Virus record (IMG/VR): IMGVR_UViG_3300033121_001564
Location: 1-64,000 of that record
Length of the DNA stretch: 64,000 nt
Source: a virus
Taxonomy: Duplodnaviria; Caudoviricetes
Strand: one strand, 5' to 3'
The notes beneath the pieces are model-generated. The model did no database searches and was not told the DNA's origin. It worked only from the letters and a program-made list of their open reading frames with translations. The position numbers and the translations under genes are program-made. Positions 36,560-46,866 of the stretch are shown here, piece by piece (the stretch's first letter is position 1; every line of letters begins with the position of its first letter).

Positions 36560-37236
36560 TCCCGATCGCGTGCGACCCGACGACGGACGAGGCGCTGGAT
36601 ACCCTTATCCGACTGGCCCAGAACAGTGCCGTTAGTGAGGAATCGTCGGCACGCTACCTGATCAACAAACTCGACCAACTGATCGAGGCAAACACATGGC
36701 CGAAGAGGCTGGAGGGGCAGCCCAAGACCTGGGCCAGGTTTTGCAAGGAGGTAATCGGCTACGACCTCGACTACATCACAACCATTGAGAGTGGGATCAA
36801 ACTTCTCGACTCGAAGGGTGTCGAGAACCCCACGATCCAGGAAGCCCACGCGGCGGGCTCGAGGCAGGAGCAGGCGGTCAAGGTGGCGAGGGAGAATCAG
36901 GAGCCGCTGAGAGAGAAGGCGGGAAGGCCATCCAAACCAGAAATGGTGCTGAATTCAAAAAACAGCACCATTTCCAAACCGAGTGGTAAACCCAAGAAAG
37001 GTAGCACTTCCGCCAAAACCCGCGTGAAGCAGCTTCGCCGCGACCACCCCGAGATCGCCGAACGCCTGGAGAAGGGCGAGTTCAAGTCCGTGGCTGCGGC
37101 GTGCAGGGCGGCAAAGGGCAAGGAGCCGGACCCGCCACGCAAGACACCCTCCCCCCTCGACCTCCTCCGCAAGGCGTGGTCCAGGGCCACACCCGAGGAA
37201 CGCCGTGCCTTCCTCGCCGAAGTCGCCCCCCAGTGA
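36553..37236 (+). CDS. Hypothetical DNA-binding phage protein
   Basis: QLRRDHPEIAERLEKGEFKSVAAA motif; GGAGG RBS. Confidence 0.65.
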   Translation: MVIPIACDPTTDEALDTLIRLAQNSAVSEESSARYLINKLDQLIEANTWPKRLEGQPKTWARFCKEVIGYDLDYITTIESGIKLLDSKGVENPTIQEAHAAGSRQEQAVKVARENQEPLREKAGRPSKPEMVLNSKNSTISKPSGKPKKGSTSAKTRVKQLRRDHPEIAERLEKGEFKSVAAACRAAKGKEPDPPRKTPSPLDLLRKAWSRATPEERRAFLAEVAPQ

Positions 37237-37262
37237 CCCCTCACCGGAAAGGACTCCACCCC

Positions 37263-37694
37263 ATGACCCAACCCACCGCACTCCCTGACACCGACCCGCT
37301 CTACCGCCTGTTCGAGGCCGTATACCGCCTCGACGACGGTTTCCGTGTCGGGCACTCGTATTGTCCCCGCGCGGAGGGCGAGGTTGAGGACCACTGGCTC
37401 TGGCTCATCGGTCGGGCCGTGGACTTCATCAGCGACCTCTTGGCTGCCAAGAGCCGTTGCGACATCGCCACGGCAATGAGGCTGCGTCCGTTCTATGATC
37501 ACGCTGTGAACCTGGCGGTCGCGGGATTCCAGCTGATGAACGTCCCCGACCTGATGTATCACTTCATCGACACCAACTACCCCGACACCGAATTTCACAC
37601 CCCGCCCGAACTCATCGACCCGGGAAAGGACTCCCCACCATGCACGCCACCGACACCGCCCTCCGGTCCATCGACAGCGGCATCCAGCGACTGA
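37263..37694 (+). CDS. Hypothetical phage protein
   Basis: AAGGA RBS. Confidence 0.55.
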   Translation: MTQPTALPDTDPLYRLFEAVYRLDDGFRVGHSYCPRAEGEVEDHWLWLIGRAVDFISDLLAAKSRCDIATAMRLRPFYDHAVNLAVAGFQLMNVPDLMYHFIDTNYPDTEFHTPPELIDPGKDSPPCTPPTPPSGPSTAASSD

Positions 37695-37928
37695 TCCTCC
37701 TGCTCGACGACGACCCGTCGCTCCTCAGCCCAACCGTACTCAACCGCCTCTGGCGTCTGCGTGCCGACCTGGACACCCTGGTCGAGCAGGCAGAGCGGTC
37801 GCCGGGGGCGATGGCGGGGACCGGCGGACCGCCGAGACTGCCGCGGTGATTTGTTGACGTCGTTTTGCTCTCTGCATTCCGTTTCGTGCAGAATGCGTAT
37901 CCGTTATCCATCCGAACGCGAGGGGCTC

Positions 37929-38135
37929 ATGTCCACCACTGACGGTATGCCGCTGGCCGTTCTCGAGGAAGCCGCACTCCGGCACCGGGTGAGCGTCCGC
38001 TACCTCTACCTGCTCCGCGAGCGGGGGGCACTGACGTTCCACAAACGGCCTGGCGACCGCCGCAGCTACGTCAACCTGGACGAACTGGACAGGCACTTCG
38101 TCACCACCACGCCGATCGCCCGCCCACACCCCTGA
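37929..38135 (+). CDS. Small HTH DNA-binding protein (excisionase/MerR-like)
   Basis: LEEAALRHRVSVRYLYLLRERGALTFHKRPGDRRSYV. Confidence 0.7.
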   Translation: MSTTDGMPLAVLEEAALRHRVSVRYLYLLRERGALTFHKRPGDRRSYVNLDELDRHFVTTTPIARPHP

Positions 38136-38361
38136 CGGAATCGGGGCACGGATGCACGTCAACGAAAAGAGCCGGCCGGGGTGGCACACCCGGCCGGCGA
38201 AGGTCGCTGCTTCCGGCGACGATCAAGAGTTACCACTATGGTATCACGCGCACGCCGCACGCCACGGCCACGGAGGGCAGGACTTCTCGACAGGCAACCG
38301 GCACGAGACCGCACCAACGCTACCGCTAGCAGACTCGACGGAGACGATGGGAGGGTGTGGC

Positions 38362-39414
38362 ATGGCCGGTGAGTGGATCCCATTCCTGAAGACGCTCCCG
38401 AAATCCCAGGAGGTGCTCTACATCTCCGAGGCTACCGGGATGAGCCGGCGGGAGGTCGTTTGTCTGCTCATGGAGTTCTGGTCATGGTGCGACGACCAGA
38501 TCGTCAGCCCCGAGGAGAAGGATGCTGATGGCTTCCTTCCCGGACTGACTGTCCGCAGTTTGTCCGCATTCGATGCGGACATGAACGAGACATTTGTCCG
38601 CAGTCTGTCCGCTGTAAAATGGATACTTGTCCGGGACGACGGCATCGTCATTCCGCACTTCTCCCGGTGGATGGGTCAGTCCGCACGCCGCAGACTCCAG
38701 GAGAGTTTGCGCAAACGGAAGAGTCGAGCCAGGAGTGGGACAAAATGCGGACAAGTGTCCGCATCCGACCAGGGACAAGTGTCCGCATCCGATGCGGACA
38801 AAAAGCGCCCTACAAAACAAAACAAAACAGTAATAGAAACACCCCCCTCCCCCTCTTCCGAGGGGGAAAAGAGTGTGAAAGAAATCACGACACCGGAATC
38901 GCAAATCCAGCGTCCGGTCGTCATCAGCGATTACCCGCACCTCGCCCCGATCGCGAAGAAGCTTTCCGACCAGTACCTCCGCGAGGTCAGCGCCCACCAC
39001 GGACCTGGCAAGGGCGCCCAGGCTATCCTGACCCTCCTGGTCCAGGGACACTCCGAGGCGGACCTGCGTCAGGCACTGACCAACTTCGCGACGTGGTTCA
39101 AGCGCACGGGCAAGGAACGGCAGTACGCCCCGTCCGTCCCGAACTTCTTCGCCCCGGGCTACTGGTCCGAGTTCCTCGCGGGAGTTCCCCCGACCGGGGC
39201 CGAGCAGCAGAATCAGTACCTCCCGGACAACCCGCCCGCAGCCCGGGACCCCAACAAGAAACTTGCCACCAAGCCGTGGCGAGAACGTGCCGCCGAATTG
39301 CGTGGGAAGCCCCAGGACGCCACGGAAGGCGTCCAGACGGCTACCGGGTCGCCTCGAGACCTCGGAAGCCTTCCTGGGGCAAAATTCGAGGGTAGGAATG
39401 GAGTCCACGAATGA
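38362..39414 (+). CDS. Phage replication initiator
   Basis: MAGEWI...LMEFWSWCD; internal iterons; directly upstream of DnaB. Confidence 0.8.
   Translation: MAGEWIPFLKTLPKSQEVLYISEATGMSRREVVCLLMEFWSWCDDQIVSPEEKDADGFLPGLTVRSLSAFDADMNETFVRSLSAVKWILVRDDGIVIPHFSRWMGQSARRRLQESLRKRKSRARSGTKCGQVSASDQGQVSASDADKKRPTKQNKTVIETPPSPSSEGEKSVKEITTPESQIQRPVVISDYPHLAPIAKKLSDQYLREVSAHHGPGKGAQAILTLLVQGHSEADLRQALTNFATWFKRTGKERQYAPSVPNFFAPGYWSEFLAGVPPTGAEQQNQYLPDNPPAARDPNKKLATKPWRERAAELRGKPQDATEGVQTATGSPRDLGSLPGAKFEGRNGVHE
38548..38830. repeat. Putative replication origin iterons
   Basis: Multiple TGTCCGCA/TGCGGACA copies; 20-bp direct repeat GGACAAGTGTCCGCATCCGA at 38749 and 38773; A-rich tract after them. Confidence 0.7.
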
Positions 39415-40772
39415 GCGAAACCCCCCGCGACCCGGCCGAGAGCTGGCGGGTCGGCTGTGAACGAATCGACCGTACCGATCGTGCCGAGCGTGCGCTCCTG
39501 GGAGCCATCCTCCGCGAGCCGGCCGTGATGGACGACGTGGCGCCGGTCATCGCCGTCGATCGGTTCCGGGTGGATGCGCACCGGCTGGTTTATGAATCCA
39601 TCCTGGAACTCTACGAGTCGGGCAGCCAGATCGACCTCGTCACCGTGGGCGATCGGTTGCGCGTGACCGGACGCATGGGCGATGTGACCTGGGGTTACCT
39701 GGGAGAACTGCACGCCAGCGAATTCTCGGGCGCGGCCGCGGCTCAGTACGCCCAGATCGTCCGCGATGGCGCCATGCTCCGCGACCTCACCCGTCTGGGA
39801 CAGCAGATCGTCCACCTCGGAGAGCATCCGCACGGACCCGCGGACGAGATGGTCAACGCTGCCGAGCGCGGGATCTTCGCCCTGGCCGAGCGTGGCATCG
39901 CCGGGACCATCATGCCGTTCTCCCAGGTCGTCGGTCAGGCGCTCGACCACATCGACCGGCGCATCGCTGTCGCCGTCAGCACCGGCGAGCCCGTTACCGG
40001 CGAGCCTTCCGGGGTCGGTCAGCTCGACAACCTGACCGCCGGTTTCCACCCCGGCGAACTGGTCATCGTTGCCGCCCGGCCCTCGGTCGGCAAGACATCC
40101 GTCGCTGTCGCCATCGCCCGGACCATCGCCACGGCCAGGCCAGTTCTGTTCGCCTCGCTCGAGCAGTCGCGCCACGAGTTGGCCCAGCGCATGCTCTGCG
40201 CCGAGTCCGGGGTGCTCGGGGACAACGTCCGGCGCGGCGAACTCTCCGATCGGGACCAGGGCGCCCTGATCGAGGCTGGCGCTCGCCTCTCGCCCCTGCA
40301 CCTGCACATCGACGATGCGGGAGAGCAGAGCGTCCTTCGCCTCGCAGCAAACGCTCGCAGACTCAAACGCAGGCAGGGTCTGGGCGCGGTGATCGTGGAC
40401 TACCTGCAGCTCGTTTCACCCGACGACCGCAGGGCGCCCCGCCACGAACAGGTCGGCGCCACCTCTCGCCGCCTCAAGGCTCTCGCGAGGGAACTCGAGG
40501 TGCCCCTGATCGCCCTGGCTCAGCTCAACCGTGAGGTCGAGGGTCGCGCCGGACAGAAGCCCCGCCTGTCCGATCTGCGCGAGTCCGGGTCGATCGAGGC
40601 GGATGCCGACACGGTTATCCTCCTGCACCCGCTGACCGAGTCTCCCGGTTGCCTCTGCCTCATCGTCGCCAAACAACGAAACGGTCCCACTGGCGAGGTC
40701 GTCGTGCGCTTCGACCGGGCGCGAATGCGCTTCTCGGGACAGCAGCAGGAGTCTGTATCGAGCCCGTTTTGA
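39411..40772 (+). CDS. dnaB: Replicative DNA helicase
   Basis: AERALLG, AARPSVGKT, SLEQ, IVDYLQL, LAQLNR, SDLRESGSIEADAD, KQRNGPTG. Confidence 0.97.
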   Translation: MSETPRDPAESWRVGCERIDRTDRAERALLGAILREPAVMDDVAPVIAVDRFRVDAHRLVYESILELYESGSQIDLVTVGDRLRVTGRMGDVTWGYLGELHASEFSGAAAAQYAQIVRDGAMLRDLTRLGQQIVHLGEHPHGPADEMVNAAERGIFALAERGIAGTIMPFSQVVGQALDHIDRRIAVAVSTGEPVTGEPSGVGQLDNLTAGFHPGELVIVAARPSVGKTSVAVAIARTIATARPVLFASLEQSRHELAQRMLCAESGVLGDNVRRGELSDRDQGALIEAGARLSPLHLHIDDAGEQSVLRLAANARRLKRRQGLGAVIVDYLQLVSPDDRRAPRHEQVGATSRRLKALARELEVPLIALAQLNREVEGRAGQKPRLSDLRESGSIEADADTVILLHPLTESPGCLCLIVAKQRNGPTGEVVVRFDRARMRFSGQQQESVSSPF

Positions 40773-40967
40773 AGTGTCAGACCTAATAATACTTATGAAT
40801 ACCTCAATTGTCCACTATTAAGACCGTAAAACTGGGAGCCCTGGGAGTGTTGGGAGGCTCACACTGTGCCCCACACAGCGTGAGCACCCGGAACGGTGTG
40901 GCATCCACTGTGTGTATGAGACGAAGATGTTACTGGGCTGACACTCGACACTCACACAGGGACTCAC

Positions 40968-41303
40968 ATGGGGCACGAACTCAGGTACTACAATTCCTCG
41001 GGGGAGGAGATCACGGAAAGGGCCTGGCGGGAACTCATCCGGGTCCCTGGTTACGGCAGACCGAAGGTCCACCTGTCGCAGGACAGGTCCTGGATGGTTC
41101 GGCTGAGCTGGATCGGGGTTGCGAGCACGCGGGAGTGGGAGCCGCGGGTCTGGCTGGTCGAGACCGTGCGGTTCGGCAAGGCGGGGTCCAAGTCGAACAC
41201 CGCTCGCTCGACGACGGAGGACGTGGCGGCGCCAGTGTGGTGCCGCACATACGCGGAGGCTGTCGGGGCATTCAACCTGGCAGTGTTGGCGATGGAGGAG
41301 TGA
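40968..41303 (+). CDS. Hypothetical phage protein
   Basis: Operon packing. Confidence 0.5.
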   Translation: MGHELRYYNSSGEEITERAWRELIRVPGYGRPKVHLSQDRSWMVRLSWIGVASTREWEPRVWLVETVRFGKAGSKSNTARSTTEDVAAPVWCRTYAEAVGAFNLAVLAMEE

Positions 41304-41519
41304 GACGTTTTATGAGTACACAGAAGCCACTGGTCCACGGCAGGCCGCACGATCGGCTGACCCAGTTTCGGGTGCAGGTCGCGCCGATCGAATACCACCA
41401 GCACCTCGGACAGTGCGTGCTGGCACACACCAAGAGCGAGGCGCGGTCGGTGATGGCTCGACACTTGAAGTTGCCCCGGTTGCCGCAGGGGCTGGTACTG
41501 GTGAAAGCGAGGTAGAACG

Positions 41520-42038
41520 ATGCCCAGGACGATGATTCAGGCACCGGACGATGTGCTCGAACTCCTCCGCCAGACGGTGGAGTTGTACCGGAACGAACTG
41601 CTCGAGGCGGGTGTCACCTGGAACGTCGTCATGGTCCATGCGGCGACCGACCAGAACGGCGAGCCGCGCGGGCCGGCTTTGAAGCACCACGGGCACGACG
41701 CCCTGGCGGTGGTCAAGATCAACAGTCTCGAGGACCGGGTCAAGGGACTCGCTGATGTGACGCTGAGGCTCGACGGCGACCGATGGCCCGAGCACTCCCG
41801 GGAGACTCAGGTCGCGATCCTGCACCATGAGGCTGAGCATCTCATCCTCGTGCGGGGTGACGATGGCGCGGTGCGCACCGACGACGCCAACCGGCCGAAG
41901 TTGCGGATCAGGCAACACGATCTGGAGATCGGCGGATTCGAGTGTGTGGTCGAGTGTCACAAGATGGCGGCAATCGAGGCGCAGCAGTACCGCGATCTGA
42001 ACCGACGATTGAGTCAGAAGACCTTGCCCTGGGGGTGA
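41520..42038 (+). CDS. Putative phage metallopeptidase-family protein
   Basis: AILHHEAEH and HDLE motifs. Confidence 0.75.
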   Translation: MPRTMIQAPDDVLELLRQTVELYRNELLEAGVTWNVVMVHAATDQNGEPRGPALKHHGHDALAVVKINSLEDRVKGLADVTLRLDGDRWPEHSRETQVAILHHEAEHLILVRGDDGAVRTDDANRPKLRIRQHDLEIGGFECVVECHKMAAIEAQQYRDLNRRLSQKTLPWG

Positions 42039-42041
42039 TCC

Positions 42042-42239
42042 ATGACACTGAAGGACCTGGCTGACATGGTCTGGCGGATGCGCCAGGCGCAGAAGCGATA
42101 CTTCGCCACGCGCGAGCGCCTGGACCTCGAGGAGTCGAAGCGCCTCGAGCAGGAGCTGGACCTGACCGTCACGCGCATCCGCAACGGTGCGGATGGTGAG
42201 GGGGACGCGCAGGGCAGGCAGGGGAGTTTGTTTCAGTAA
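42042..42239 (+). CDS. Hypothetical phage protein
   Basis: MRQAQKRYF...SKRLEQELD small phage-type protein. Confidence 0.65.
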   Translation: MTLKDLADMVWRMRQAQKRYFATRERLDLEESKRLEQELDLTVTRIRNGADGEGDAQGRQGSLFQ

Positions 42240-42483
42240 CAGGGAGGAGTGCGCGAGATGCTGAACTCATGGATCCAGGGTGTGCTCATCATCATCCGCT
42301 GGTGCGAGCAGAACGGCGGCACGTTTCGCCTTGTTCGCCTCGCAACCGTCGAGGGTAATCCCTGGCGCGCGGAGGTGTATTCGGAAGTCGTGGTCGTCCA
42401 GAGTGAGAACATGCCCACCATCCGCAAGGCGCTCGTGAGTCTGGGGCAGAAGTTGGAAACCGCCACGACGAGGTGTAACTGAC

Positions 42484-42828
42484 ATGGCCATCCCGGCGCC
42501 CCTCGAGAAGGACATCCTGAAAGCCTGCCTGGACCTGCTGGCTCTGCGGCGGATCCCGGCCTGGCGGAGCAACTCCGGCCGGCTCCGGGTGGAGCGAGGC
42601 GGCAAGACGCACCTGTACGCCTTCAGCGGGGCGAAGGGACTGTCCGACATCCTGGGGCTCCTGCCGCCTTCTGGGAGGTTTCTGGCGGTCGAGACGAAGC
42701 GCCCGGGCAACAAGCCCACTGCGGATCAGGAGCACTTTCTGGGGATGGTCCGGGATGCGGGCGGGCTGGCGCTCGTGGTGACGGGCGTGGCAGAGCTGGA
42801 GGAAGCGTTGCGCGAGGCAGGGTACTGA
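42484..42828 (+). CDS. VRR-NUC domain nuclease
   Basis: EKDI, GLSDILG, FLAVETKRPGNKPTADQ. Confidence 0.9.
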   Translation: MAIPAPLEKDILKACLDLLALRRIPAWRSNSGRLRVERGGKTHLYAFSGAKGLSDILGLLPPSGRFLAVETKRPGNKPTADQEHFLGMVRDAGGLALVVTGVAELEEALREAGY

Positions 42829-43106
42829 GGGGAGGGTGGTGTGGCACGAGATCACGGCAAGCCGAGCCCGCCTGGACCGACTGGATCGACGAGTGGGATG
42901 AGGTGTGGATCGGCGGGAGAGCCATCGAACCGGAGCGGGAGTTTCCGCCGTTTCATGTCTGCGTTGCCACGGTGGACCGTGAGAGTGGCCACCTGAAGGT
43001 GTGGCCAATGGATGAGGGCGCCGTGGGTGCGGGTAAGGTGTGGTTTCGCTTCGACGGCGTGGTGACGTGTTTGTCGCTGTACTACCCAGAGAATTGAGGA
43101 GCCTTC

Positions 43107-43580
43107 ATGAACGCGACTACAAAGCCGCTGGTATCCGAATGTGGGAAATATCGCGCCACACGCCTGGGGCATTTGGAGTACCGCATTACGGATGCCTCCG
43201 GAGTTGTTGTTTGCGACAGGACCACTTTCTGGTCCAACAGGTCCACGAAGAGGAGAATTCGCTTCGTGACGGGGAGTGGGCCATTCGAGGCGACGTTCAG
43301 TTATCCGCGATACCCGAAAGGCTTCTACCGCAGATGGATCGAGTGCTGGGAGGTGAATGATAGCAGCAAACTGCTGCGTGCAATCGAGCGGGTTGGCGTG
43401 CGTGTGACGACGTTCGGGAAGCTCGGGATGACCTGTCACTACCTCCTGGGGTTCGTCGGCACGCCGGCACAACGGCAGGAAGTTGATGGTTTACTGGCGA
43501 AAAAGGGTCTGAGGTTCTCGACCAGGCAGAAGCCGGGGATGTGGGACATCGAGTATTGCACGGAAGGTATGAGGCAATGA
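43107..43580 (+). CDS. Hypothetical phage protein
   Basis: GAGGAG RBS. Confidence 0.5.
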   Translation: MNATTKPLVSECGKYRATRLGHLEYRITDASGVVVCDRTTFWSNRSTKRRIRFVTGSGPFEATFSYPRYPKGFYRRWIECWEVNDSSKLLRAIERVGVRVTTFGKLGMTCHYLLGFVGTPAQRQEVDGLLAKKGLRFSTRQKPGMWDIEYCTEGMRQ

Positions 43581-44227
43581 ACGCGACCGAGTTATTCCTG
43601 CCTGACGGCAAATCGGCAAAGGTCTGGATGTGCGGCAAGTGCGGGCGGCTATTCACCCGCCAATACCAGCCGGTTGGTGATGGCAAGGGGAAGACCTACA
43701 CCCCCGACGAACGCGACCAGTTTGCCGCGCGACAAGCCGAGAGGTGCTGCAACCACGTCTGCAAGGTCTGCAGCGACAAGGCGTTCTCGGACTGGCAGGT
43801 CTACTGCCGGAAGTGTTTCGACGCGAAACAGGGAGAGGAGTCCCGCAAGCGCGAGCAGGAGAGGTTCGAGAAGGCGACGAAGGTCCCGTTCGACCAGTGG
43901 GACGGCGACGGTTGGCTGTGCTGTCCGGACTCGGATCGATGGTTCCGCGACTACGGCCAGTTCGAGGAGTGGCTGCACGAAGACAAGGAGAACGAGGCGC
44001 CGGAATACCTGTGGCTGTCGAAGAAGATCGCGGCGCGCCCGGATATCGCCAGTTACGTCGGCGAATGGATCGGCGAGCGCTGGTACGAGGATGCCTGCGA
44101 CCACATCTCCGACGAGGACTGGAAGCGACTGGAGGCGACGCTCGAGGAGTGGTGGGCATGCGTGCCGGAGAGTTGGGAACCAGACGGGCGGGTGTTGTTG
44201 CTGCCGAAGGAGGTGAAGGGTGAATGA
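43577..44227 (+). CDS. Cys-rich hypothetical phage protein
   Basis: CGKCG, CCNHVCKVC, CRKC; acidic C-terminus. Confidence 0.65.
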   Translation: MNATELFLPDGKSAKVWMCGKCGRLFTRQYQPVGDGKGKTYTPDERDQFAARQAERCCNHVCKVCSDKAFSDWQVYCRKCFDAKQGEESRKREQERFEKATKVPFDQWDGDGWLCCPDSDRWFRDYGQFEEWLHEDKENEAPEYLWLSKKIAARPDIASYVGEWIGERWYEDACDHISDEDWKRLEATLEEWWACVPESWEPDGRVLLLPKEVKGE

Positions 44228-44350
44228 CCTGCTGTGTCACCTGTGCGGCCTGCCGGCCGATGGAGCGTTCGAGGAACGCGACGGTGAGTGGTGGGTCTAC
44301 TGCCCGTCGTGCGACACCTGGACCTGCCACCCGATTCCGAAGGAGAAGTG

Positions 44351-44659
44351 ATGGCTGACGTGATATCCGGGACCTGGACCGTCCAGGAGTACACCTGTGA
44401 CTGGGAGCCCATCGGCGAACCGTTCGAGATGAGATTCCTGCACCTCGAGATGAGATTCCTGCACCCTGTTGTTGTCGAGGACGCCGCCGAATCGGCCGCC
44501 GCGAGGATGGCCGGTCGGGAGGGTATCGCCACCGACTGGGGCGCTGTGGACGGCGACGTGCGGTACATGGAGCTGTGGCCCAGGGCTGGTGCGCCCGTTC
44601 GGGTTATGACGCGAGCCCAGGTGCGGGTGGCGTATGCGGTGACCGTGATGGGGGCGTGA
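44351..44659 (+). CDS. Hypothetical phage protein with 21-bp tandem duplication
   Basis: AGGAG RBS; duplication at 44424-44465. Confidence 0.55.
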   Translation: MADVISGTWTVQEYTCDWEPIGEPFEMRFLHLEMRFLHPVVVEDAAESAAARMAGREGIATDWGAVDGDVRYMELWPRAGAPVRVMTRAQVRVAYAVTVMGA

Positions 44660-44702
44660 TGTCGAACATCCAGTACTACCTCGAACCCTTAGAGGACATC
44701 TG

Positions 44703-44939
44703 ATGGAGTCTCAACACAACCTTGCCCGCGTGGCCATGGCGCTGGCAGTCCTCGCCGGAGACGGGCTGCCAGACCTGACATCCAGGGGCACCGGCAATTG
44801 CAACCGCCGCAACCACTACTGCGGCGCGGACGACAACGGGGGCAGGCCGATCGAGGCGCCGGCTCGCCCGGGGCGGAACGCGCCGTGCCCGTGCGGGAGT
44901 AGGAGGAAGTTCAAGGCGTGTTGCCTGGGGAGGGATTGA
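44703..44939 (+). CDS. SEC-C motif protein
   Basis: PGRNAPCPCGSRRKFKACC. Confidence 0.85.
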   Translation: MESQHNLARVAMALAVLAGDGLPDLTSRGTGNCNRRNHYCGADDNGGRPIEAPARPGRNAPCPCGSRRKFKACCLGRD

Positions 44940-45410
44940 TGAGCAAGTCGAGGTTTCACGTTCCGATTCCCGGCGAGATGGGCAACCCCAGCATGGCGCG
45001 TGGTGCCGACATGGTGCGGGAGTTGGAGCAGTTCCTGGGGCAAGGGAAGCTGTTCTTCGTGGTGAGCAGGCAAGAGGTGGGCGACATTGTCTCCTACGTC
45101 GATTACCTGCTGGAGCAGATGTCGGGGGCTGTTCGGAGTGCTGGACACGAAGGGGGCTGACTGATGCTCGATCTGGACGCGACATTGAGGATACTGCAGG
45201 AGGTTGCCGCCGACACCTCGCAAGGTGCGATGGCGGTACTCGACTCCGAGGAGTGCCGGGTGATCCTCGACGAGATCGAGAGGCTGAAAATCGTCTCGGG
45301 GCGTGGCGTGGCGCTCCCGAAAAGTCTCCCGTTCCGGGGCGACTGCTGCGAGTTCGGATGAGAAATGGAGGTGCGTGGTGGGTGAAGTAAAAGGCGGAGA
45401 GCGAAAGACT

Positions 45411-45629
45411 ATGCACAAGACGGTGGAAGAACTTCGGGAACTGCTCTCCCGCGAGCCCCTGGGCGGAACCTGGAGACACAAGAAGACCGGGAGGATCTAC
45501 TCGATCCTCCAGAAGGTTATCATCGAGGCGACACTGGAACCCGGCGTGGTCTACTGGTGTCGTGGAGAGTGGATACCGTTCGTTCGGCCGGTGACTGAGT
45601 TCCTGGTCAAGTTCGAGAGGGTGGACTGA
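45411..45629 (+). CDS. DUF1653-like protein
   Basis: GTWRHKKTGRIY...VVY...FVRPVTEFLVKFERV. Confidence 0.7.
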   Translation: MHKTVEELRELLSREPLGGTWRHKKTGRIYSILQKVIIEATLEPGVVYWCRGEWIPFVRPVTEFLVKFERVD

Positions 45630-46182
45630 TGCTCGAGGATCTACCTGTCACCTACGTCCAGGAATGCGGTGATGCCTGGCTGCCCCTGGACGGTGCGCCG
45701 GTTCACGAGGTTCTGGGCCAGTCCGGGCACGAAGAGGCGGCGCGGACGGTGGCAGCTCAACTGGATGACGGTGTCCACGACATGGAGATGGTCGAGAAGG
45801 TGCGGCGATTCCGCGTCTGGAATGTGGGTGGAAAGCCAATGCTTGTCACTGTTGTGCGTGTCAATTACTGTGGCTATCCAATGGCAATCGAGTAACAGTT
45901 ATGAGCGAGAAACTCTACGCGCGGTGTCCGATGTGTAAGGGCTCCCTGCGCTTCCCAGACCCTGCAGGCGGCGATTGCTTCTGCACCCGGGGCAAGACGC
46001 CGGGGTGGGCGCTGATCGGCGTCACGATGGCCCAGCTCGAGCGAATGACCGATCTGGAGCGAGCCCTGGCCGGCGACCCCGGACTGCCGACCGACCGGCG
46101 GGAGGCGGCACTCAGGCGGGTGAGGGCGGAATTGAAACTGCTCGATTACGGCGCCACTTCCTCCTGACGTTACACTTGCCCT

Positions 46183-46572
46183 ATGGCACTCGCCGATATC
46201 CTCCGCTCCCTGTTCCCGCGTGGCCCGCGCAAGCCCCGACGCCTCTCCGAGGTCCCCCGGGAGTTCCGCGCCCGCTGTGTCGCCTACTTCGACGACCCGT
46301 CGCACTGGCAGGGGTGCGTTTCCAGTAACGTCCACTCGTTCGCCCTGTTCATCGACCTGACGCGGGCGAAGGACACCAACACGCTGGGCGTCAGGTTCAG
46401 CCCGGGGCACGAGATCACGGAATACTGGTACTTCGGGGTGCCGCTGAGGATCTACAGCGACATGATTTCGGCCGCGAGCAAAGGTCGATTTGTGTGGGAA
46501 CAACTCCGTCTGGCCAACTATTTTGACTATTACAAGAGAGGTGTAGTCGGGTATGACGGCGTCGTGAGTTGA
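46183..46572 (+). CDS. KTSC-domain-like protein
   Basis: VSSNVHS...LGVRF...YWYFGVP..IYSDMISAASKGRFV. Confidence 0.75.
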   Translation: MALADILRSLFPRGPRKPRRLSEVPREFRARCVAYFDDPSHWQGCVSSNVHSFALFIDLTRAKDTNTLGVRFSPGHEITEYWYFGVPLRIYSDMISAASKGRFVWEQLRLANYFDYYKRGVVGYDGVVS

Positions 46573-46597
46573 CTGTCAACTCACTGTCGGGTACAGT
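46564..46597 (+). promoter_or_regulatory. Promoter overlapped by a perfect 10-bp palindrome
   Basis: TTGACT-17 bp-TACAGT; GTGAGTTGAC-T-GTCAACTCAC. Confidence 0.6.
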
Positions 46598-46603
46598 GTG
46601 GGT

Positions 46604-46866
46604 GTCATAAGACTTCACGCGGGGCGGTCCAGGACCAGTCGGTGCTCGACACCGAACAGCCAGGTGCGACACCGGGGCCCTGCTCTCCCGATTCTCATAC
46701 TCAACCCGTAGCAGCAGGGGCCGAGCGCTGGCAGAGTGTGCAGGGGGCGACAGACCACGGTGTCAGTCCCCATCCCAGTCGGGCCGGGTAGCTCCCCGTG
46801 GCAGCCAGAACGCCCCACACCCCACTTTATCCGCTCTCCTGCCCGACAGGGGAGCGGTTTCTCTTT
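46604..46866 (+). ncRNA. Candidate stand-alone ~260-nt structured RNA
   Basis: Bounded by a promoter and an intrinsic terminator; GGGGCG near the 5' end can pair with CGCCCC near the 3' end; no credible ORF. Confidence 0.5.
46831..46866 (+). terminator. Intrinsic terminator
   Basis: CCGCTCTCCTG-CCCGA-CAGGGGAGCGG followed by TTTCTCTTT. Confidence 0.75.
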
